A stretch of 64,000 bases of DNA from an uncultured delta proteobacterium (GTDB taxonomy: Bacteria; Myxococcota_A; Polyangia; Palsa-1104): NCBI GenBank assembly GCA_963785725.1, contig CAWAWS010000020.1, positions 96,001-160,000 of the forward strand, in the 5' to 3' direction. Both the position numbers and the translations under genes were made by a program. Shown here piece by piece: positions 29,557-37,414 of the stretch (the first letter of the stretch is position 1; each line of letters begins with the position of its first letter). The notes beneath the pieces are model-generated. The model did not search any database. It saw only the letters and a program-made list of their open reading frames with translations, and was not told where the DNA came from.

Positions 29557-29733
29557 TCAGGGATTGACGAGCTTGTTCGCCAGGGTTTGGCCGAGCGTCA
29601 TCGCGTTCGCGTGGCGCTCGAGCGGGTCGACCACCGCCGCTTGACCGGTGAACACGATGAACGTGACGCCGCTGTCGGCGCCGCCGGTGTTCGGGTCGTC
29701 GTCGATGCCGAGGCTCTTGGCCATCGCGTAGGA
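29557..29733 (-). pseudogene. C-terminal remnant resembling a GH75 chitosanase
   Basis: Manual translation SYAMAKSLGIDDDPNTGGADSGVTFIVFTG..VDPLERHANAMTLGQTLA; not in ORF track. Confidence 0.65.
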
Positions 29734-29758
29734 GCGTATCAGCGACGCGTGGACGACA

Positions 29759-30406
29759 TCAGCAGCTGACGCCGCAGACCTTGCTGCCGTCGGCGCAGGT
29801 CGTCGGCGTGCAGCCGGTCATCGTGCATGAGTCGCTCGTGTTGCAGCGCAGGCGGCAATGCGCGCCGGTGTGGCAGGTCATGGTGCACGTCGTGACCGAG
29901 TCGCAGCTGACGTCGCAGTTGGCGTTGTTGGCGCAATCGAGGACGGCGTTGGTGGCCGATTGCGCGCTGATGTTGCAGCTGCTGCCGCCGGCGCACGAGG
30001 CGTTGCAGGTCGTGGCGCTGTTGCAGGCCAGCTGGCACGAGCAGCTCTTGCCGCACGACTGCGAGCACGTCGACGTCGAGCCGCACGAGTCGACGCAGCA
30101 GGGCGAGCACATCGAGCCGCAGCCATCGAGGCAGACCACGCCGGCGAGATCGGGCGGCGCCGTCGACATCAGCGCCAAATCGGCGACGGCGGGCGGCGCC
30201 AGGTCATGCGCCGGCGTCGTCATCGACAAGTCGAGGATGGGCTGCTGCGGCGGCGTCAGCGGCGCCGGATCGGGGAACGGCGCCGACGGGCCGGTCGTGA
30301 AATCGGGCGCCGCCACGCCGGCGTCGCGATCGCCGCTGACCGAGAACGTGCAGCCGGCGAGCGTAACGACGAACACGCACGCGAACATGAAAATGCGGCC
30401 AAACAA
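29759..30406 (-). CDS. Cys-rich lipoprotein
   Basis: LAGC lipobox, DL/DM-type linker, repeated C-x3-C-x5-C units. Confidence 0.85.
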   Translation of the reverse strand: MFGRIFMFACVFVVTLAGCTFSVSGDRDAGVAAPDFTTGPSAPFPDPAPLTPPQQPILDLSMTTPAHDLAPPAVADLALMSTAPPDLAGVVCLDGCGSMCSPCCVDSCGSTSTCSQSCGKSCSCQLACNSATTCNASCAGGSSCNISAQSATNAVLDCANNANCDVSCDSVTTCTMTCHTGAHCRLRCNTSDSCTMTGCTPTTCADGSKVCGVSC

Positions 30407-30661
30407 GCCGCTACTCTAGTCACTGATGGTTTTTTGTCGACCCCATAAATTCTGTCAACTAGCCGTTGTCATTGGTTTTACGGCCGAACATGAAACGATG
30501 GTGCGCGCGCTGACGCCACGCCTGCCGGCCGTGCGCGCGATCACGGCTGCGCGACCGCTCGTCGACGTGCCGCGCGGCGCAACATCGCGAGCTGCCGTCG
30601 CGGTGGCGGCGCGCCGGAGTTTCAGCCCAAAACGCGGCCGATGCGTTAGAGTCCCGCGCAC

Positions 30662-31024
30662 ATGGCAAAGGCAACCGGGGAAGCGATCGTGCGTCTAGCT
30701 TCGTTGATGAAAATGGTTGGGCTCCTCGCGCTGTTGACCCTGTCGATGAGCGGCTGCAAGCAGGGCCAGGGCGACCGCTGTCAGCTGCGGACCGACTGCG
30801 CGTCCGGCCTCGTCTGCGTGCTGCCGGCGAACGGCACCTGCGTCGGCGGCGGCGTCTGCGAGCCGCCGGTCATGACGATCACCCGCTGCGTCACCAGCGC
30901 CGACTGCACGGCCGGCTACACCTGCCAAGCGTCGACCGACTGCACCGAAGCCGGCGCCTTGGTCTGCACGCCCAACGCCGACATGACCGTCCCCGACGAC
31001 CTCGTCACCAGCCCAACCGACTAA
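30662..31024 (+). CDS. Small Cys-rich lipoprotein (start uncertain)
   Basis: MSGC lipobox; C..DC..GLVC repeats. Confidence 0.85.
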   Translation: MAKATGEAIVRLASLMKMVGLLALLTLSMSGCKQGQGDRCQLRTDCASGLVCVLPANGTCVGGGVCEPPVMTITRCVTSADCTAGYTCQASTDCTEAGALVCTPNADMTVPDDLVTSPTD

Positions 31025-31142
31025 AACCGTCGTGAGCGGTCCAATCGCCGCGTTGTCGCTGCGGTGCGCTGCTCACGGGCTCAGAGCCCGCTCCGCTGCG
31101 CTCCTCGCTCCGCCTTGCGCTTGGAGCGCTCGCGACGGTTTT
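31023..31142. repeat. 120-bp element with 22-bp terminal inverted repeats (MITE/REP-like or bidirectional terminator)
   Basis: AAAACCGTCGTGAGCGGTCCAA / TTGGAGCGCTCGCGACGGTTTT (20/22); internal CGGGCTC-A-GAGCCCG; CT on both flanks. Confidence 0.7.
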
Positions 31143-31147
31143 CTCGA

Positions 31148-32599
31148 TTAGCGACTTTCTTTCGCGTGGCGCGTGCAGTCGCAGGTCTCGTTGGAGGCTT
31201 GCATCCACGCCGGCATTGTCGTCGTCTCAGCACGCGCTTCGCCGGGCTGCTCCGACAGTCGCTGCACGTGATGCAAGACGCGCAAATGAATCGCGTGCAA
31301 GAGGCGATCGCTCCACCACTTCCAATAAGCGGTCGGAAATACGTTCAGTTGGTACCACGTGGTACCCTTAAGAGTCGTCGTGCCGTCGGCGTTGGGCGTG
31401 ATGAGGAATTGGCCCTGCGTGACGCCGATATATTCGTCGAGGTGCGCCGGCTGCGACTGTACGCCGAAGGTCAGCTCGTGCGGCTCGTCCCAGATCTCGA
31501 TGGGCTCGACGAAGGTGCCGTTGGTGAACACGCAGCGGCGGGTGGCGCCCGGATCGTGGCCGTCGATGCGCGCTTCCAGCGGCATGGCGACGATGGCGAA
31601 GATAGCCTCCGGCGGCGCGTCGATGGGCGGAAAGGACACGACGTTGTGCCACACGACCGCCGGCGGCGCGTGCACGATGACCGTCGAGACGACGGCGAGC
31701 GGCGCCGGACGCAGCGGCCGAACGAGGTCGACGCCGACGAGGCCGGGCAAGAGCAGCAACAAGAGCGGCGACAGGCGCGCCATGCTCGAGCGCGCGCTTT
31801 GCCAGCCGATGAACGCGCCGAGCGCGGCCATCGCGAACAGCAGCGGCGCGGCCATGATGACGCAGGCGACGCCTTCGAAGGCGACGGCGACGACGGCCAT
31901 GAGCGAAATGGCGATGACCGAGATGCCGTACCAAACCGCTTGGCGCTTCGTGAACAGCGGGCGGCCGTAGGCGCAGCAAAAGGCCGTGAAGAAGCCCATC
32001 GCGAAGGGCAAGCCGACGAAGAGCATGATGCCGAGCTGCTGGGAGACGCGCACGGCGATGCCGTAAGAGGCGAGGCCCATCGCCAATGACAAGATCATTC
32101 CCAGTAAATAGGCGAGGCCGAGCGAGCCGGGAATGGCGCGTAAGAGAAAGCCCGGCGGCGCGATGCGCGGTGGCGGCGCGACCGGCTCGCGATAAGGCCC
32201 GGCGTCGGCGGGTGGCGCGGCCGGCGGCGCTTCGGCGGCGGGCGTAATCGCGAGCGCCGTGAAGAAGCAAAAGTGAACGAAGGGTAAGAAAAAGAGGCCG
32301 GCCCAGAATGGATGCACGCCCATATCGCGCAGCCGGCGCACCGTCAGTGACAGCCCCATATAAATGAACGGCACCGCGACCGCGAAGAGCGCCAGCCAAT
32401 AGGACGGATTGTCGCCGTAACGAAAGAGCGGGCTCACGCGCGGCGACACATACATGAGCGGATTCCAGTCCTGCTTGAAGGCGATCGAAACGGCGAGGTC
32501 GACGAAATATTTGACGAGGAATAGGCAGGCGCCGGCGAGGACGTACGCGCGGCGACTGACACGGCCTTCCCACGAGAAGAGGTCGAGCGCGTTACGCAT
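31148..32599 (-). CDS. DUF805 membrane domain fused to an SRPBCC/START-like domain
   Basis: EGRVSRRAY, TVRRLRDMG; IVHAPPAVVW..GATRRCVF..FVEPI..AIHLRVLHHV. Confidence 0.8.
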   Translation of the reverse strand: MRNALDLFSWEGRVSRRAYVLAGACLFLVKYFVDLAVSIAFKQDWNPLMYVSPRVSPLFRYGDNPSYWLALFAVAVPFIYMGLSLTVRRLRDMGVHPFWAGLFFLPFVHFCFFTALAITPAAEAPPAAPPADAGPYREPVAPPPRIAPPGFLLRAIPGSLGLAYLLGMILSLAMGLASYGIAVRVSQQLGIMLFVGLPFAMGFFTAFCCAYGRPLFTKRQAVWYGISVIAISLMAVVAVAFEGVACVIMAAPLLFAMAALGAFIGWQSARSSMARLSPLLLLLLPGLVGVDLVRPLRPAPLAVVSTVIVHAPPAVVWHNVVSFPPIDAPPEAIFAIVAMPLEARIDGHDPGATRRCVFTNGTFVEPIEIWDEPHELTFGVQSQPAHLDEYIGVTQGQFLITPNADGTTTLKGTTWYQLNVFPTAYWKWWSDRLLHAIHLRVLHHVQRLSEQPGEARAETTTMPAWMQASNETCDCTRHAKESR

Positions 32600-32812
32600 G
32601 CCGCGGATTATGCCCGAGCCGCCCGGGCCGCGTCGAATATGCGGCAAAAAGTGTGACCCATGTATTGTCGAATGTCGCTCATGAATGCCGACTATCACGC
32701 TCGATCCAGTGTTGGCTCATGGATCCCCGTATCCTTACCGACTGCGCGCGACCAGCGAATCGCCGGCGCATGCTTCGCCCGATTTGGAGCGCCGCGAGCG
32801 CGTTCTCTGCTT

Positions 32813-32897
32813 TATATCAGCTTCCTTATATACGCTTACTGAGATGGCAGTGCCCAAAGGGCTGACGCGGCGGCGCGCCTGCGAGTAAACATGTTTA
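32813..32897. promoter_or_regulatory. Operator-like palindromes upstream of the MarR gene
   Basis: TATATCAGCTTCCTTATATA (32813-32832, 14/20 symmetric) and perfect TAAACATGTTTA (32886-32897). Confidence 0.55.
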
Positions 32898-32960
32898 GTT
32901 ATAGCCCTCGTGAAAGCGTCCGTGCTACCGAAGACGACGCGAGGAGTGGGACGACAAGAC

Positions 32961-33416
32961 ATGGCGACGACCGACATCGACTGGGAATTGCGGCTCGGCT
33001 TTCTCATCCACGACGTGTCGCGACTGCGGCGCAGCGCCTTCGATCGTTGCTTGAAGCCGCTCAATGTCACGCGCTCGCAGTGGTGGGTGTTGGCCTATTT
33101 GTCGCGCGAAGACGGCATGACGCAGTCGCAGCTGGCCGAAGCGCTCGACCTCGGCAAGGTGGCGGTCGGCGGTTTGGTCGATCGGCTGGAGAAGTCGGGG
33201 CTCGTGCGCCGCGACGCCGACGCCGACGATCGCCGCGTCAATCGCGTGTACTTGGAGCCGAAGAGCCAGCCGCTCATCGCGCGCATGCGCAAAGCCGGCC
33301 ATAAGCTGAACCAGCAGATCTGGGCGGGGCTGACGAGCGGGAGCCTGGACGTGACGGCGAAGACGCTGGGCGCGATGAAGAAAAACCTGCTCGGCTATCT
33401 CGCCGGCACGGACTGA
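32961..33416 (+). CDS. MarR-family regulator
   Basis: LIHDVSRLRR, TRSQWWVL, VDRLEKSGLV..DRR. Confidence 0.93.
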   Translation: MATTDIDWELRLGFLIHDVSRLRRSAFDRCLKPLNVTRSQWWVLAYLSREDGMTQSQLAEALDLGKVAVGGLVDRLEKSGLVRRDADADDRRVNRVYLEPKSQPLIARMRKAGHKLNQQIWAGLTSGSLDVTAKTLGAMKKNLLGYLAGTD

Positions 33417-33421
33417 CGGGA

Positions 33422-34282
33422 TTAACGGCGAATGGAGACGATCGAGTCCTGATAGCCGCCGGCGGCGCGGCCGGACCAGTTGCCGTAGCTCGTCGGACGT
33501 TCGGGCTCGAGGCCGTATTTGCGCAACAGGGCCACAATCTTGGCCTCGTCATAAGCGATGGCGTGCTCGGGGAACTCGCGCTCGACGGAGATGTAGCCGT
33601 CGCCGGGGTATTGGAAGTTGAGCGTGCTCTTGCCGGCGGCGATGAGCGCGCGCACCTCGTCGTCGATGAAGAAGAACGAGAACCACGCGCGACCGCCTTT
33701 GCGCAGCACGCGCGCCGCCTGCGCGATGTAGTTCTCGGCGTCGGGCGGCAGCAAATGCGTAAACAGCGACTTGGCGAACGCGAAATCGAAGGAGCCGTCG
33801 GCGTAGGGGAACGTGAGCTCCGACGCCTTGATGCGGCCGTGCGGACGGAAGTAGCTGTTGTAGAGGTCGAGCGCCTGGAAGCGGAAGCTCGGACGACGCG
33901 CCGTGATGTTCTCGGCGCACCACGCGATCATGGCCTCGCCGATGTCGAAGCCTTCGTAGCGCGCGGCGCCGGTCAGGTAAGCGAGCAGCGGTCCCGCCAT
34001 CTGCCCGCAGCCGCAGCCCATGTCGAGCACGTCATCGGTCGGCTTGAGGCCCGCGCCGACGAAGTGGTTGAGCACGCTGCGCCCGATCTCGCGGAAATGC
34101 ACCGGATCGTTGAAGGGCCCGATTTGATTGCGCAGGCGGCGCGGCGGCGTCAGCGCGTCGCTGAGCTGCAACAGGCGCTCGGCGCGATAGACGAGCCCTT
34201 CGACGACCTCACGCGCCTTCGGTCCGAAGCGGTCGGCGCGCTGCTCGAGGTTCATGAAAAGCGGCAACAGTTCCAGAGTCAT
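33422..34282 (-). CDS. Class I SAM-dependent methyltransferase
   Basis: VLDMGCGCG, GFDI, FPYADGSFD..SLFTHL. Confidence 0.9.
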   Translation of the reverse strand: MTLELLPLFMNLEQRADRFGPKAREVVEGLVYRAERLLQLSDALTPPRRLRNQIGPFNDPVHFREIGRSVLNHFVGAGLKPTDDVLDMGCGCGQMAGPLLAYLTGAARYEGFDIGEAMIAWCAENITARRPSFRFQALDLYNSYFRPHGRIKASELTFPYADGSFDFAFAKSLFTHLLPPDAENYIAQAARVLRKGGRAWFSFFFIDDEVRALIAAGKSTLNFQYPGDGYISVEREFPEHAIAYDEAKIVALLRKYGLEPERPTSYGNWSGRAAGGYQDSIVSIRR

Positions 34283-34430
34283 CGACGGACCATAGCAAAC
34301 TCGGCCGCCGAATTCGAGCGCCGGCGCGGACTTATGTCACTGAAGCGACTGCTTGAGTATTCGCGCCGGCCACGCGGTCGCCCGATCGTGCGCCGCCCGT
34401 TTGAACGGCGCACGATCTTCGGCGCGGCGC

Positions 34431-35873
34431 TCAGCCTGCGGGCAGATAGATCGACTTCAGCTGCAGATAGCCATTGAGCGCTTCGGGCCCGAATTCGCGG
34501 CCGAGGCCGCTCGCCTTGACGCCGCCGAAGGGCGCATTCAAGTCGACGGTATAACCATTGACGCCGATGGTGCCCGTCTCGACGCGGAGGGCGACGCGCA
34601 GCGCGCGCTCTTTATCGGCCGACCAGACCGTGCCGCCGAGGCCATATTCACTGTCATTGGCAATGGCGACGGCCTCATTCTCGTCGCCATACGGAATCAC
34701 CGTCAAAACCGGTCCGAAGATCTCCTCGCGCGCGATGGTGGCCCGATTCGTCGTGTCGGCGAAGATGGTCGGCTCGACGAACCAGCCGCGCTTCATGCTC
34801 TTGGGCCGCCCGCCGCCGGTGACGACGCGCGCTTCGGTCCTGCCTTTTGCGATATAGCCCTCGACGCGATCGCGATGCTCCGCCGACGCCAGCGGTCCGA
34901 TCTCGGTCGCCTTGTTCAGCGGATCGCCGATGACCATCTTCGCGGCTTTGGCGGCCAAGGCCTCGACGATTTCACCGTAACGACTCTTGGGCGCGAGAAT
35001 GCGCGTACAGGCCAAACAGGTTTGACCGTTATTGCCGAATGACGCGAAATCGAGACCCGGCAGGACCTTATCGAGCTGCGCGTCTTCGAGGATGATGGCC
35101 GCCGATTTACCGCCTAATTCCAGGCTCACCGGGCGTAACAATTTGCCGCACACCTGCGCGATGATTCGCCCCGCCGCCGTCGAACCGGTAAAGGCGACCT
35201 TTTGCACGCCCGGATGCGCGACCAGATAAGCGCCCAGTTCGCGCCCGCCCGCGACCCAATTGACGACGCCGGCGGGCACGCCCGCTTCGTGCGCCGCTTC
35301 GGCGACGACATAACTGTCGAGCACCGTTCCCGGCGAAGGCTTGAGCACGATCGTACAGCCCGCGGCCAGCGCCGGCGCGATCTTGCTCATCGACAAGACG
35401 ACCGGATAATTCCAAGGCACGATACCGGCAACGACCCCGACGGCCTCTTTGCGTACGATGGTATCGAAGCCGAGCGGCGACGGGCGGCGCTCTTCGAATT
35501 GCATGGTCGTCGCCAGGTGCGCGTAATAACGCATGAGCGCCACTGGATAAGCGCCTTCCAATTGCTCGCTGAGATTGATCGGCATTCCGTTCTGCTTGGT
35601 GACCGATTCGGCGAGCCGACCCACGCGCTTTTCCAGCGAATCGGCGAAGCGGCTCATGACGGCGGCGCGCTCGACGGACGCCAGCTTCGACCATTTCGGC
35701 AAGGCCGCTTTGGCCGCGTTCACGGCGCGATCGACGTCGGCCTCGGACGCTTCGGGCACGCTGCCCAGGCTCTCTTCCGTCGTGGCATTGACGAGGTTGA
35801 GACGCTTGTTCGACGCCGGCCGAACCCACTCGCCACCGATATACAGCGACTCGAGATGGTTGCTCATTGGCAT
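34431..35873 (-). CDS. Aldehyde dehydrogenase
   Basis: PWNYP, FTGSTAAG, LELGGKS, GQTC, EEIFGP. Confidence 0.95.
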   Translation of the reverse strand: MPMSNHLESLYIGGEWVRPASNKRLNLVNATTEESLGSVPEASEADVDRAVNAAKAALPKWSKLASVERAAVMSRFADSLEKRVGRLAESVTKQNGMPINLSEQLEGAYPVALMRYYAHLATTMQFEERRPSPLGFDTIVRKEAVGVVAGIVPWNYPVVLSMSKIAPALAAGCTIVLKPSPGTVLDSYVVAEAAHEAGVPAGVVNWVAGGRELGAYLVAHPGVQKVAFTGSTAAGRIIAQVCGKLLRPVSLELGGKSAAIILEDAQLDKVLPGLDFASFGNNGQTCLACTRILAPKSRYGEIVEALAAKAAKMVIGDPLNKATEIGPLASAEHRDRVEGYIAKGRTEARVVTGGGRPKSMKRGWFVEPTIFADTTNRATIAREEIFGPVLTVIPYGDENEAVAIANDSEYGLGGTVWSADKERALRVALRVETGTIGVNGYTVDLNAPFGGVKASGLGREFGPEALNGYLQLKSIYLPAG

Positions 35874-35890
35874 TTCTCCTTCGCGCGTTG

Positions 35891-36084
35891 GCTTTGCACG
35901 AGCCACTCGAGCCAGGCGGCGTCGAGCGGGAAACCGACTGCCGGCGCGCGATCGGGACGCGATCAGCGCCCACCAACCCGCCCGCCGTTCGCGATCAGTA
36001 TCCGCTCATTTGTTGGTCGGTCAACGACATTGTCGAGACGCTCATGCGCGTTAACATTGACGCGACGAATCAACGACACTGACG
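35891..36084 (-). promoter_or_regulatory. Possible sigma54 promoter with duplicated upstream site
   Basis: TGGCTCGTGCAAAGC (GG-N10-GC) at 35891-35905; TCAACGACATTGTCG (36021) and TCAACGACACTGACG (36070). Confidence 0.45.
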
Positions 36085-36104
36085 GCCCATCCTGCTTAGC
36101 GCGC

Positions 36105-36144
36105 CCGCGACACGCCGCGACACGCCGCGACACGCCGCGAGACG
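36105..36144. repeat. 10-bp tandem repeat (CCGCGACACG)x3 plus one variant
   Basis: Read directly from the sequence. Confidence 0.9.
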
Positions 36145-36200
36145 ATCGTACGGCAGCGCATCGTACGCTTGTGTACGATCTCGCCGGCGCGATCTCGCAG

Positions 36201-37292
36201 CTATTGGAAGGTCGCGTTGACGGCGTCGATGAGCGGCTGATAGCTCGTGCGCAAGGCCGGCTGCTGCTCGACGTGCACGAAGCGGCCGTAGGTCGTGCCC
36301 AGCATCGTGCAGGCGTCGGCGGCGCCGGCGGTGAAGCGGCCTTCGACGTTGTCGGTGCCGCACAGCGTGCACGTCGCGGTCGGATAGCCGGCGCCGCACT
36401 TGCCGACGGCGACCTTGCGCGCGACGAGCGCGGCGGCGAGCTGCCCGGCGGCGTCGCTGTCGCTCCAGCTGCCCGAGCCGTCCGAGACGAGCGCCGCCGG
36501 GCACATGTCGGAGTTGCCATGCAGCTGCAGAAACAGGAGCTGCGCATCGCGCTGCGAGAGCTGCGCGTGCACGGCCCAGAACGGCAGCTGCGTCGCGTGC
36601 GCGGCGTCGCTGACGCGATAGTCGGCGGCGGCGGTCGAGCAGGCGTTGGTCGTGCCGTCGCAGCCGCTGGCGGCGGCGTCGGCGCAGCGATGGGCGCCGG
36701 CGAGCAAGTACCAACGCGCGCCCGACTGCGCGAACAGGTCGGCCGATTGATGCTCGGTGTTGGCGTCGAAGATGGGATGCGGCGCTTCGACGGCCAAGCG
36801 GCGCGACGGCGTCGGCGCCGTCAGCGGCGCGGCGTAGGTGCCCCAAAAGCGCGCCGGCGTAGGCGCTCCGCCGGCGTCGACCTCGGCGATGACGCGCAGG
36901 CCGGCCAGATGCAGCAGCCGGTAGCTCGGCGGCAGCGCGCAGGCTTGCGCCTCGTCGCCGGCCAAGATGGCGACGACCTGCGCGGCGAAGGCGTCGCGAT
37001 CGGCGGCGGCCGGCGGCGGCAGCGCTTCGGAGCCGGCGTTGCCGCTCGCGCGCATGGCGACGACGACGGCGTCGACGAAGTCGAGCCAGGCGCCGCCGGT
37101 GGTCAAGGCGCAGCTCGTCTGCCCGCCGTCGTCGCCGGTGACGATGACGGGCGACCCGGAATCGCTCGCCGCGACGTCGCCGGCGGGCGCGGCCAAGTCG
37201 CGCGGCGCCGCCGACGCGTCGACGGCGGAGGTCGCGTCAGCGGAGCAGCCGGCGGCGAGCGCGAGCGCGACGGCCAAGAGCGAGCGGCGCAT
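36201..37292 (-). CDS. Lipoprotein, putative metal-dependent hydrolase
   Basis: AAGC lipobox; VEAPHP..DANTE, AHRC, SDAAH, QLHG, FVHVEQ. Confidence 0.7.
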   Translation of the reverse strand: MRRSLLAVALALAAGCSADATSAVDASAAPRDLAAPAGDVAASDSGSPVIVTGDDGGQTSCALTTGGAWLDFVDAVVVAMRASGNAGSEALPPPAAADRDAFAAQVVAILAGDEAQACALPPSYRLLHLAGLRVIAEVDAGGAPTPARFWGTYAAPLTAPTPSRRLAVEAPHPIFDANTEHQSADLFAQSGARWYLLAGAHRCADAAASGCDGTTNACSTAAADYRVSDAAHATQLPFWAVHAQLSQRDAQLLFLQLHGNSDMCPAALVSDGSGSWSDSDAAGQLAAALVARKVAVGKCGAGYPTATCTLCGTDNVEGRFTAGAADACTMLGTTYGRFVHVEQQPALRTSYQPLIDAVNATFQ

Positions 37293-37414
37293 TCGCCGAG
37301 CCTACGCCATCGCGCCGGCGGCGGCATCGACGGACCTCACAGCGCACGATGCGGCGGCAAAAACTGCGCCGTCCTCGGCAAAAGGGCGGACCGCGCGTGT
37401 TACGATGAGGGGCC

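Noticed and set aside
29759..31024. Cys-rich genes as metallothioneins or toxins
   Set aside because: Lipoboxes and Cys spacing fit common disulfide-rich lipoproteins of myxobacteria-like organisms
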